64,000 nucleotides of DNA from Bacilli bacterium (GTDB lineage Bacteria; Bacillota_I; Bacilli_A; RF39; UBA660), in NCBI GenBank assembly GCA_017398945.1, contig JAFQES010000014.1, forward strand, positions 2,394-66,393. The letters are read 5' to 3'. Positions within the stretch are counted from its first letter, which is position 1. Every line of letters begins with the position of its first letter. A model generated the notes under the pieces. It made no database searches. It saw only the letters and a program-made list of their open reading frames with translations, and had not been told where the DNA came from. The position numbers and the translations under genes are program-made. Below are positions 1-8,835 of the stretch, piece after piece.

Positions 1-627
1 CCCTATATCAATATCTTCATTCATAAATTGTAAGCTTTTTTTGTAAATATATTCATGATCCTGTTTCATTTTTAAAAAGTTTTTGTAGGCATTGGGTAAA
101 TAGATATAGTATTCATTTATTAGATTATTATATATTTCTTCATAATGTTTAAGGTGTTCAATAATATTTACTAAAGTAGATTTGTCAGAATATTTTTTTA
201 TTAAATCTAGAATATTTGTAATCATGGAATATTCCCATTTACTATCACCAACTTTATTAAGCAAATCTATGAAACTTGTAATATCAGAAAAATGATATCT
301 AATAGTATCTTCATTGGATATATATTTAGTAACTATTGAATTAAATTCTCTCTCTAAAAACATTTTTATTTCATCGCTACTAAATATATCTAAACTTTGT
401 TCTATACCATTGAAATATATTCCGTTTTCCATAACTAAATCAATTAGCTTTTTCTTCATTTTAATTTTCAAATCTTCATTAGTTATTTCTTGAATAATTT
501 TATTAATGTCAAATAAATAGATGTTATTGTTATTTAGAGTTTCAGCTGTTGCATCTAAAAATTTCCAATAATCGCCTTCAGGCTCTTCAGATTCTTTGTT
601 GTGAAATGTAAAATTATAAATATGCAT
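1..627 (-). CDS. Hypothetical protein, 3' end runs off the window
   Basis: Manually translated open frame from ATG at 627 (MHIYNFTFHNKESEEPEGDYWKFLDA...) to position 1 without a stop; AAGGTG RBS upstream. Confidence 0.75.
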   Translation of the reverse strand, partial: MHIYNFTFHNKESEEPEGDYWKFLDATAETLNNNNIYLFDINKIIQEITNEDLKIKMKKKLIDLVMENGIYFNGIEQSLDIFSSDEIKMFLEREFNSIVTKYISNEDTIRYHFSDITSFIDLLNKVGDSKWEYSMITNILDLIKKYSDKSTLVNIIEHLKHYEEIYNNLINEYYIYLPNAYKNFLKMKQDHEYIYKKSLQFMNEDIDIG

Positions 628-751
628 ATTCTTCACCTTGTTTATTATATCATATTTTTATAATGGTATATTATTTTTACAAAATGGTAATGTGTATAGA
701 GAAGTATGTTATTTTGTGATTTTTTTTATATTGATTTTGATAAAATATTTT

Positions 752-1521
752 TTATTTTCTTGAATTATTTTTGAGATATTCGTTTTGAATGTCTCCTTCA
801 TGTTTAGCAGTTATGTATCCTTTTAGTTGAAATGAATATTTTTCTGTTAATAGTTCTAATTTTTCTTGGTTTGGTTCATCCAATATTGTAGCATTAAATA
901 TTTCTAAATCTTTCAATGATTCAAAGCGTAAAATGGGTGAAGTGAAATCACCATAGTAATATTGTTTCCCTAAAACCATTGTTTTTGTTGGCTCAGAAGT
1001 ATAATAATATATTGCATAATTATAGTTTTTTAAATCAATATATTTAACATCATAAATAAAAGGAATTTTTCTCTCGTTAAGTATATTTGCTAACTGTTTG
1101 TTGACTAATATTATAAATTCTCTTGGAAAGCTTAAATTATATCTAATATATTTGACGTAACTATATCGTAATCCATCTCAATATCTATTTGAATTTTCTT
1201 CTTACTAGTATTGAAAGATAAGATATTAGCATTTTTGTCTAAAACAAAAGAAAAGCAAAAGCAATCTTTTTCGTTTCTTTCAGATAAACCATAATTTCTA
1301 AAATAGTCTTTTATAAGAATTGAATTTGCACCGTTATTAGACATGTATAATCTAGTGATATTATCTATTATTTTTTGATTATTGGTTATAGGGTCAGAAA
1401 TATAAATGTTTGCAATGTAATTGCCTTTTTCATCAATATCAACGGAAAAAGCATCTTCTCTTACTTTTGTGCCTGGTTTATCTATACTTAGTATTTGTCC
1501 TAAATAACTATTACGTTTCAA
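752..1521 (-). pseudogene. Miniature, degenerate RNB (RNase II/R catalytic) domain gene, frameshifted near 1135-1175
   Basis: SIDKPGTKVREDAFSV..GNYIANIYISD resembles RNB motif TID....D.DDA.S. A second frame continues REFIILVNKQLA..IPFIY and YGDFTSPILRF (cf. EEFM.LAN, YTHFTSPIRRY) into ORF 752..979. GGAGG RBS before the TTG start. Confidence 0.7.
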
Positions 1522-1688
1522 TGTAATCCTCCCCTATCTTTCCTCTATCTTTTTTCTTTTTAGTGATTATTTTTTCTATCTTTTAAAATTATTGATTTGA
1601 TTATAAATCATTATATATATTTTTACAAGTAATTTGTTTTTATGATATTTTACTATTAGTAATTAATACATTTGAATTTTTATGGTTG

Positions 1689-1715
1689 TTAGCACATAAT
1701 ATTGACAAGTGCTAA
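1689..1715 (+). promoter_or_regulatory. CIRCE (HrcA operator) overlapping the htpG -35 box
   Basis: TTAGCACat-N9-aAGTGCTAA vs consensus TTAGCACTC-N9-GAGTGCTAA; TTGACA at 1702-1707 lies inside it. Confidence 0.8.
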
Positions 1716-1752
1716 TTATTTTGGTATACCATTATTAGAAAAGAGTGATAAT

Positions 1753-3636
1753 ATGAAAAAGAAAGAATTTAAATCTTCATCAAAAAGAGTATTAGATTTA
1801 ATGATTAATTCTATTTATACAAACAGGGAAATATTTTTAAGGGAACTTTTATCAAATGCTAGTGATGCAATCGATAAACTTTACTATCAAAGCTTAACAG
1901 ATAAAAATATTGCTATTGAGAAAGATGAATTAAGAATATTGATTGAAGTAGACAAAGAAAAGAGAACTTTATCTATCATTGATAATGGTTGTGGAATGAG
2001 CGAAAAGGATTTAGAAGAGAACTTGGGAACTATAGCTGAATCTGGATCATTAAGATTTAAAGAAGAAAATGATGGTCAAAAAGATGTTGATATCATTGGT
2101 CAGTTTGGAGTTGGTTTCTACTCAGCTTTTATGGTGGCCAAAAAAGTAGAAGTTTTAAGTAGAAACTATGCGAGTGAAGAATCTTACCTTTGGGCTAGTG
2201 ATGGAGCTGATGGATATACAATAGAGAAAAAAGCTAAAGAAGAAGTTGGAACCAAAATAACTTTATATTTAAAAGATGATACTGAAGATGATAATTTTAG
2301 TGAATATTTAGAAGAGTATACAATTAGAAACTTAGTGTCTAAATATAGTGATTACTTAAGATATCCAATTATGATGGAAGTAGAAAATTCTCAGTTAAAA
2401 GATGGCTCTGATAGTGAATATGAAACTGTAAAAGAGATGGCGACTTTAAATAGTATGGTACCACTATGGAAAAAAGATAAAAATAAAATAACTGAAGATG
2501 AATATAACAATTTTTATACTGGTAAATTTATGGATTATGAGAATCCATTAAAAGTTATCCACACAACTATGGAAGGATTAACTACTTATAAAGCATTACT
2601 TTTTATTCCAAGTCATGCACCATATGATTACTATATTAAAGAATATAAAAAAGGGTTACAACTTTATACTAATGGTGTGTTAATTATGGATAAATGTGAA
2701 GAATTACTTCCTGATTATTATAGTTTTGTTAAAGGTATTGTGGATAGTGATGATTTAATGCTTAATATATCTAGAGAAACTTTACAAAATGATAAACATG
2801 TTAAACAAATAGCTAAATCATTAGAAACTAAAATTCATAATGAATTATTAGATATGCTTAAAAATGATTTTGAAAAATATAAAGAATTCTTTAAAGCATT
2901 TGGTAATCAAATTAAATTTGGTGTTTATAACTTATATGGAATGAATAAAGATAAATTAAAAGATTTATTAATATTTTATTCTAGTACTAAAAAAGATTAT
3001 ATAACTTTAGATGAATATGTTAATAACATGAAAAAAGATCAAACAGCTATCTATTATGCATGTGGTGAAACTATTGATAAAATAGATTTAATGCCTCAAA
3101 CTGAGCAAGTTAAAAAGAAAAAGTATGATGTATTATACTTAACTGATTATGTTGATGAATTTGCTTTACAAATGTTAAAAGAATACAATGAAAAAGAATT
3201 TAAAAATGTAAGTGATGAGTCCCTTGATTTAGATTCGAAAAAAGATAAAGAAAAATTAAAGAAAGTTAATGAAGAAAATAGTGAGTTATTAACATTTATT
3301 AAGGATGCATTAGATGGCGAAGTAGAAGAAGTTAGACTTACTAACAAATTAGTAAATCATCCAGTATGTTTAACTACTCAAGGTGCTGTATCTGTAGAAA
3401 TGCAAAAAGTATTAAATGCTATGCCTACTGACGAAAAGATTAATGCTAAGTTGATTTTAGAAATTAATGAAAATCATGATATTTTAAATAAACTAAAGTC
3501 ATTATTTAATGATGATAAAGAAACTTTGAAAAGTTATGCTAAGGTTATTTATTCACAAGCTAAGTTAATTGAAGGGTTATCTTTAGACAATCCAACAGAA
3601 ATCTCTAATATTATTTGTGAATTATTAAGTAAATAA
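1753..3636 (+). CDS. htpG: Molecular chaperone HtpG (Hsp90)
   Basis: REIFLRELLSNASDA, LGTIAESG, IGQFGVGFYSAF, LNISRE motifs; start moved to ATG 1753. Confidence 0.97.
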   Translation: MKKKEFKSSSKRVLDLMINSIYTNREIFLRELLSNASDAIDKLYYQSLTDKNIAIEKDELRILIEVDKEKRTLSIIDNGCGMSEKDLEENLGTIAESGSLRFKEENDGQKDVDIIGQFGVGFYSAFMVAKKVEVLSRNYASEESYLWASDGADGYTIEKKAKEEVGTKITLYLKDDTEDDNFSEYLEEYTIRNLVSKYSDYLRYPIMMEVENSQLKDGSDSEYETVKEMATLNSMVPLWKKDKNKITEDEYNNFYTGKFMDYENPLKVIHTTMEGLTTYKALLFIPSHAPYDYYIKEYKKGLQLYTNGVLIMDKCEELLPDYYSFVKGIVDSDDLMLNISRETLQNDKHVKQIAKSLETKIHNELLDMLKNDFEKYKEFFKAFGNQIKFGVYNLYGMNKDKLKDLLIFYSSTKKDYITLDEYVNNMKKDQTAIYYACGETIDKIDLMPQTEQVKKKKYDVLYLTDYVDEFALQMLKEYNEKEFKNVSDESLDLDSKKDKEKLKKVNEENSELLTFIKDALDGEVEEVRLTNKLVNHPVCLTTQGAVSVEMQKVLNAMPTDEKINAKLILEINENHDILNKLKSLFNDDKETLKSYAKVIYSQAKLIEGLSLDNPTEISNIICELLSK

Positions 3637-3666
3637 TTGTTATAATAATAAGAGAGGATAGTTAGT

Positions 3667-4536
3667 ATGGAAAAGAAGAAAGTTTATTTTACAAAAGATA
3701 TCTCTAGTAAGTCATTATTAAAAATTTATCAAGCTTTAGATAAAGAATTAACTGGTCCAATTGCAGTTAAAGTTCATTCTGGAGAAGCTGGTAATCAAAA
3801 TTTTTTAAGACCAATTTTCTATAAGGACTTAATGGAATATACTAATGGTACAGTAGTGGAATGTAATACTGCTTATGATGGCCAAAGAAATACTTCGGAA
3901 AAACATTTGAAATTGTTAGATAATCATGAATGGACTAAATATTATAAAGTCGACTTATTGGATGAAAAAGGGGAAATGGCTTTAGATATTAATTATGGAA
4001 AATATTTAACAAAGAACTACGTTGGTGAAAACTTAAAAAATTATGAATCATTGTTAGTAGTATCTCATTTTAAGGGCCATCCAATGGGTGGATATGGTGG
4101 AGCTTTAAAAAATATTTCTATTGGTCTTGCTTCATCATATGGGAAAGCTATTATTCATGGAGCAGGGGAACCTGAAAAAATATGGACTGCTGATCATGAT
4201 AGTTTTTTAACTAGTATGGCAGAAGCAGCTAAATCCATTGTAGATTATAAAAAAGACAAAATATTATTTATTAACGTTATGACTAATATGTCAGTAGATT
4301 GTGATTGTTGTGCTAAAGCCAGTGATCCTTGTATGCAAGATATCGGTATTTTAGCTAGTGAAGATCCTGTGGCTTTAGATCAAGCTTGTATTGATTTAGT
4401 ATACAACTCAATTGATCCTGGTAAAGATACTTTGATTGAAAGAATTGAATCAAGAAATGGTTTATTAACAATTAAAGAAGCTGAAAAATTAGGCGTTGGT
4501 ACTACGAATTATGAACTTATTAACATTGATAATTAA
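3667..4536 (+). CDS. DUF362 family protein (Fe-S/Cys-containing)
   Basis: KVHSGE, ECNTAY.GQR, SHFKGH..GYGGALKNISIG, CDC, ASEDPVALDQAC. Confidence 0.85.
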   Translation: MEKKKVYFTKDISSKSLLKIYQALDKELTGPIAVKVHSGEAGNQNFLRPIFYKDLMEYTNGTVVECNTAYDGQRNTSEKHLKLLDNHEWTKYYKVDLLDEKGEMALDINYGKYLTKNYVGENLKNYESLLVVSHFKGHPMGGYGGALKNISIGLASSYGKAIIHGAGEPEKIWTADHDSFLTSMAEAAKSIVDYKKDKILFINVMTNMSVDCDCCAKASDPCMQDIGILASEDPVALDQACIDLVYNSIDPGKDTLIERIESRNGLLTIKEAEKLGVGTTNYELINIDN

Positions 4537-4543
4537 CAAATAT

Positions 4544-4570
4544 AACGATAACTAGTGTTGTCGTTTTTTT
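4544..4570 (+). terminator. Rho-independent terminator
   Basis: AACGATAAC-tagt-GTTGTCGTT followed by a T-run. Confidence 0.75.
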
Positions 4571-4652
4571 GTGAGTCAACATAAATAAATTGCCTTGACC
4601 CCAAAGCTGGGAACGTTATATAATTTATTTGTTAAATAGCATGGAGGAATAT

Positions 4653-5855
4653 ATGAATAATCAAAATAATAATGAAGGTAATGATATGGGAGCTATTAAT
4701 TTAGAAAATTTATCATCGGATCTAGAAGAGGTGGAGTTATTACAACCAACTATAAATAATGATAATCAAACTATTTCTAATATGACGGAAATTCCTGTGC
4801 AAGTGCAAAGTGTTAATTCTCAAAATAGTACAATGTTCCAAGGACAAGCTCTGGATAATAACTCGCCAATGAATGCAAATGTTTCTGATAATAATGCTTC
4901 AAATCATAATGTAAGTTATGATGATGAACGCTTATTAGAAGCTTTTATAGGAAAAAATCAGGAAAAAATCTTAGAAAGTTCTTTTAATTTTGCAGGATTA
5001 TTTTTTGGGCAATTTTATTTGTTTTATCGAAAAATGTTTGTTTACGGTATTTTAATTTTTATAATAAATATTATTTTAGTAACTTTTGCGAAAATGATTT
5101 TTCTAACTTTATTTATTAATTTAGCAGTGGGATTAACTGTTAATAAAATGTATATAAATTTTGCTAAGAAAAAAATCAATAAAATTTTGGTTAATAATCA
5201 AAATAAAAGTCAACACGAATTAGAAACCATTTGTGCTAAAAATGGTGGAACGAGTGTAATTCAATTGTTTTTTGGACTTTTTATCGAATTTGTTATTGCG
5301 TTGGTTATAGTTGTTATTTCAATCATTTTTGGTTTATCAACAATTTTTGGTAGCTTGGTTTCAAATTTAAATGATTTATTTTCAAATTCTAATTTTGAAA
5401 ATAGTGCTTCAAATGGAATTTATGATGGTACTTTTAATTATAATAGTTCAATTATTATTTCTGATGAATTTTCAATAAGTATACCAAGTAATTTTGAAGA
5501 AGGAATGTTTAATGATGAACATATGTATAATTATGAATATAGTTCTAATCAAGGAATGTTTGATAATTGTAGATTTTCTTTAGCTGCTGTTGATAATTTT
5601 AGTGATGCGGAAAATATGGCGGATCAAATATATAATTATTTTAGTAATAGCAATCCGGCGTCGGTATCAAGTATAAAAATTAATAATATCAATTGGTTTT
5701 CACTTTCTTATAGCGATTCTATGGGAACTAACTATTTTTATTTAGCTGAAAAGGATAATAAAGTATATTTATTTGAATATGTAATTGAAGAAAATGCTGA
5801 TAGTAATTGTATTAATTATAAAGATAGAGTTGTTACATCAATAATAGCAAAATGA
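4653..5855 (+). CDS. DUF2628-domain membrane protein with N/Q-rich N-terminus and extracellular PsbP/DcrB-like C-terminal domain
   Basis: FNFAGLFFGQFYLFYRKM is a DUF2628-type motif; TM segments; GGAGG RBS before ATG 4653. Confidence 0.7.
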   Translation: MNNQNNNEGNDMGAINLENLSSDLEEVELLQPTINNDNQTISNMTEIPVQVQSVNSQNSTMFQGQALDNNSPMNANVSDNNASNHNVSYDDERLLEAFIGKNQEKILESSFNFAGLFFGQFYLFYRKMFVYGILIFIINIILVTFAKMIFLTLFINLAVGLTVNKMYINFAKKKINKILVNNQNKSQHELETICAKNGGTSVIQLFFGLFIEFVIALVIVVISIIFGLSTIFGSLVSNLNDLFSNSNFENSASNGIYDGTFNYNSSIIISDEFSISIPSNFEEGMFNDEHMYNYEYSSNQGMFDNCRFSLAAVDNFSDAENMADQIYNYFSNSNPASVSSIKINNINWFSLSYSDSMGTNYFYLAEKDNKVYLFEYVIEENADSNCINYKDRVVTSIIAK

Positions 5856-5897
5856 TTATTTCTAATAATGTTTTTGTAAAATTAGTTCAAAATTAAG

Positions 5898-5925
5898 TTG
5901 CAAAGGCATAATTTTATGATATAAT
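5898..5925 (+). promoter_or_regulatory. SigA promoter of rpmE
   Basis: TTGCAA-N16-TATAAT with TGn extension. Confidence 0.65.
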
Positions 5926-5930
5926 ACTTT

Positions 5931-5974
5931 TGCGTGTAAGCAACTATGTTATGGATTTAGCATGGCGAAAGGAG
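5931..5974 (+). promoter_or_regulatory. Probable L31 ribosomal leader RNA
   Basis: Hairpin CTATGTTA/TAGCATGG directly before CGAAAGGAG SD, as in Firmicutes L31 leaders. Confidence 0.5.
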
Positions 5975-5981
5975 ATTAGTA

Positions 5982-6200
5982 ATGAAAGCAAATATTCATC
6001 CAGAAGTTAAAGATTGTACTGTTACTTGTGCTTGTGGAGCAACATTTACTACAAAATCAATTAAAGATAAAATTGATGTAGAAGTTTGTAATGAATGTCA
6101 TCCATTCTATACTGGTGCACAAGGAAGAGCAAAGAAAACTGGTAAGATTGAAAAATTCAATCGTAAATATGGTTTAGATAAAGACGAAAAAGAAAATTAA
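5982..6200 (+). CDS. rpmE: 50S ribosomal protein L31 (Zn-binding type)
   Basis: [21 protein letters not shown]. Confidence 0.97.
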   Translation: MKANIHPEVKDCTVTCACGATFTTKSIKDKIDVEVCNECHPFYTGAQGRAKKTGKIEKFNRKYGLDKDEKEN

Positions 6201-6206
6201 TAAATT

Positions 6207-6230
6207 GACATACGTAGGTATGTCTTTTTT
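6207..6230 (+). terminator. Rho-independent terminator
   Basis: GACATAC-gtag-GTATGTC followed by T6. Confidence 0.8.
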
Positions 6231-6284
6231 CTTTGTTTATTTTTCTTTTTTGATATATTATAATTAGAGTAGGAGATGATAAAG

Positions 6285-6749
6285 ATGAAAGTTTATATTG
6301 GATCAGATCACGGTGCTAAAAATTTAGAGAAAGATTTATATGATTATTTAAAATCTAAAAATATTGATGTTGAAACAATTACTTTAGAAGTAATGGATGA
6401 TAATGATGATTATACTGATTATGCATACCTACTTGGAAAAAAAGTATTAGAAGATAAAGATAATTTAGGTATTTTAATTTGTCGTGATGGAATTGGTATG
6501 AGTATTGTTGCTAACAAAATAAAAGGATTATTATGTGCTCGCGTTTTAAGCGAAAAGGAAGCTGTTAAAGCAAAAAATCATAGTGGTGCTAACGTAATAG
6601 CTTTAGGTAGTGAAAATGGCTTATCATTAGAAGAAAATTATAAAATAGTAGATGCTTTTATAGAAAATGAATATCCGACGGAAGAAAGAAGAATAAGAAG
6701 AAAAAATAAAATCATACAAATAGAAGCTGGAACATATAATGAACTATAG
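6285..6749 (+). CDS. rpiB: RpiB/LacA/LacB family sugar-phosphate isomerase
   Basis: IGSDH, DDY.DY, GILIC..GIGMSIVANK. Confidence 0.85.
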   Translation: MKVYIGSDHGAKNLEKDLYDYLKSKNIDVETITLEVMDDNDDYTDYAYLLGKKVLEDKDNLGILICRDGIGMSIVANKIKGLLCARVLSEKEAVKAKNHSGANVIALGSENGLSLEENYKIVDAFIENEYPTEERRIRRKNKIIQIEAGTYNEL

Positions 6750-6921
6750 GATATATATTTATGTTATTTGTATTTTTATAAGTGCTTTTGCTATTTCTGG
6801 AGCCAACTTTGAAAGTTTATTTAGAAAAAATAAAGTAATTGAAGCAAGAACTTTTTTAATGCTTTGTAGTTTAGCATTGGGTTATCTTGTAGGAAGTTTA
6901 GTGATTGAATTTATTAGTTAG
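6739..6921 (+). CDS. DUF1146 (YwzB-like) small membrane protein
   Basis: Two TM helices, NFESLFRKNK..AR...SLALGYLV, located before spoIID. Confidence 0.8.
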   Translation: MNYRIYIYVICIFISAFAISGANFESLFRKNKVIEARTFLMLCSLALGYLVGSLVIEFIS

Positions 6922-6941
6922 TATTTAAATAAGGAGGCATT

Positions 6942-7847
6942 ATGAAAAACAAAATATTGCTTTTAATTATTTTAGTACTTAGTGTTATTGCAGTAATTAG
7001 TTTCAAAAATAATGGAACTAATTTTAATTTGGGTAAAAATAGAGTTACTTTAAATTTAAAAGATTCGGATACTGGAACGATTTCTAATGTTGAGTTAGAA
7101 AACTATATCATAGGAGTTGTAGCAGCCGAAATGCCAGCTTCATTTAATGAAGAAGCATTAAAAGCTCAAGCGATTGCATCAAGAACTTATGCTATGTATA
7201 AAATTAATAATTCTAAGGGAGAATATGATTTGGTAACAGACGTTTCCAATCAATCTTATATTACGATAGAAGAGATGAAAGATAAGTGGAATGATGATTT
7301 TGATAAGTACTATACTAAAGTAGCTAGTGCAGTAGATGAAACAAAGTCATTAGTAATGAAGTATGATGATGAAATTATTTCGGCTTACTATTTTGCGATG
7401 AGTAATGGTTATACAGAAGATGCTAGTTTAGTATTTAATGAAAGTAAACCGTATTTAAAAAGTATCGAATCTAAATGGGAAGATGAATCTATCAACAATT
7501 TCTCTGTTACTAAGACATTTAATCTTTCAGAATTTTGTATATTATTAAATGTTTCCGAGGAAAATATTGTTATTACAGATGTAATAAGATCTGATACTAA
7601 TAGAGTTAACCAAATAACAATTAATAACCAACCTTTTTCTGGTACAGAGGTAAGAAAACTACTTGGACTGCGTTCAACTGATTTTGAAATTACCGTAACC
7701 GAAACAGAAGTGTTAATAACTACTAATGGCTATGGGCATGGAGTAGGTATGAGTCAATATGGGGCAAATTATATGGCTAAAGAAGGATATACATATGATG
7801 AAATCCTAAAGTATTACTATGATGGTATAGAAATTGGTAAAATTTAA
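6942..7847 (+). CDS. spoIID: Stage II sporulation protein D
   Basis: LENYIIGVVAAEMPASFNEEALKAQAIASRTY; GYGHGVGMSQYGA..MA..GY.Y.EIL.YYY. Confidence 0.93.
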   Translation: MKNKILLLIILVLSVIAVISFKNNGTNFNLGKNRVTLNLKDSDTGTISNVELENYIIGVVAAEMPASFNEEALKAQAIASRTYAMYKINNSKGEYDLVTDVSNQSYITIEEMKDKWNDDFDKYYTKVASAVDETKSLVMKYDDEIISAYYFAMSNGYTEDASLVFNESKPYLKSIESKWEDESINNFSVTKTFNLSEFCILLNVSEENIVITDVIRSDTNRVNQITINNQPFSGTEVRKLLGLRSTDFEITVTETEVLITTNGYGHGVGMSQYGANYMAKEGYTYDEILKYYYDGIEIGKI

Positions 7848-7849
7848 TA

Positions 7850-7878
7850 GTATAAAAACCACATATTTATCCACACTT
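7850..7878 (+). promoter_or_regulatory. Putative forespore (SigF/SigG-type) promoter of spoIIQ
   Basis: GTATA-N17-CACACTT upstream of the AAAGGAAGG RBS. Confidence 0.45.
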
Positions 7879-7900
7879 TAAATAGAAAGGAAGGATAAGT

Positions 7901-8530
7901 GTGGTTAAAAGAAAATTAAAAGGATATGTTTTACCGAGTCTATACTTATTAACTGTAATAACAGTATTTTTAGGAGTAAATTATTTAGTTAAGTTTTTTA
8001 ATAATGATTATTCTAATTATGTATTTGCTACTAAAACATTAAATAAAGATAGTGTATCAGTTGTTTCAACTGAAGGAGAAAAAGATACGATAATAAAACC
8101 ATTCTTAGAAGATAGAGCAGCAATTTCTAAAAATTATTATGATATGAATGATGATGCTGAAACTCAACAAAAATCTTTAATCTATTACGAAAAAACTTAT
8201 ATGGAAAATACCGGGGTATTATATTCGGCTGATGAAACCTTTGATGTAGTTGCTGTATTAGATGGAACTATTAAAGATGTAAAAAGCGATGATATTTTAG
8301 GAAATGTTGTGGAAATAGAACATTCATCTAATTTGATTACTGTTTATTACAGTTTAGGTGAAATTTCTGTTAAAAAAGGAGATAGAATAACTCAAGGGGA
8401 AACTATTGCTACAAGCAGTTCTAATAAATTAGAAAATGAAAAAGAAAATTGTTTATTATTTGAAGTATACCATAAAGGTAACTTAATAGATCCAGAAAAC
8501 TTTTATACAATGAATCCTAATGAACTTTAA
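7901..8530 (+). CDS. spoIIQ: SpoIIQ, degenerate M23/LytM domain with N-terminal TM
   Basis: LPSLYL TM, KNYYD..D.ETQQKSLIYY..TY, FDVVAVLDGT..D.ILGNVVEIEH; lies between spoIID and spoIIID. Confidence 0.85.
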   Translation: MVKRKLKGYVLPSLYLLTVITVFLGVNYLVKFFNNDYSNYVFATKTLNKDSVSVVSTEGEKDTIIKPFLEDRAAISKNYYDMNDDAETQQKSLIYYEKTYMENTGVLYSADETFDVVAVLDGTIKDVKSDDILGNVVEIEHSSNLITVYYSLGEISVKKGDRITQGETIATSSSNKLENEKENCLLFEVYHKGNLIDPENFYTMNPNEL

Positions 8531-8577
8531 CATAAACTAATCTCTTAATAATATAATTATTAGGGGGTTATTTATTA

Positions 8578-8823
8578 GTGGATAGATATATGGCTAGTAG
8601 GGCTAAAGAATTAGGAGAACACTTAGTAAATACTAATAAAACAATAAGAGAAGTAGCAGAAGATTTTAATATTAGTAAAAGTACTGTACATAAAGACTTA
8701 AAAGAGCGTCTACCATTAATTGATAAAGATCTTTATAAAATAGTGGATGAAAAGTTGAATAATCATTTAGCTAGTAGGCACATTAGAGGTGGAGAATCGA
8801 CAAGATTAAAATATAAAGGATAA
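8578..8823 (+). CDS. spoIIID: Sporulation transcription regulator SpoIIID
   Basis: TIREVA..F.ISKSTVHKDL.ERL...RHIRGGESTRLKY. Confidence 0.95.
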   Translation: MDRYMASRAKELGEHLVNTNKTIREVAEDFNISKSTVHKDLKERLPLIDKDLYKIVDEKLNNHLASRHIRGGESTRLKYKG

Positions 8824-8835
8824 CGAGTTGATAAT

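Noticed and set aside
7867-7875. Perfect DnaA box TTATCCACA
   Set aside because: Single intergenic copy inside the putative spoIIQ promoter spacer; no box cluster or dnaA, so not oriC
8531-8557. Possible SigE promoter for spoIIID (CATA...AATATAAT)
   Set aside because: Spacing and match too weak in an AT-rich background
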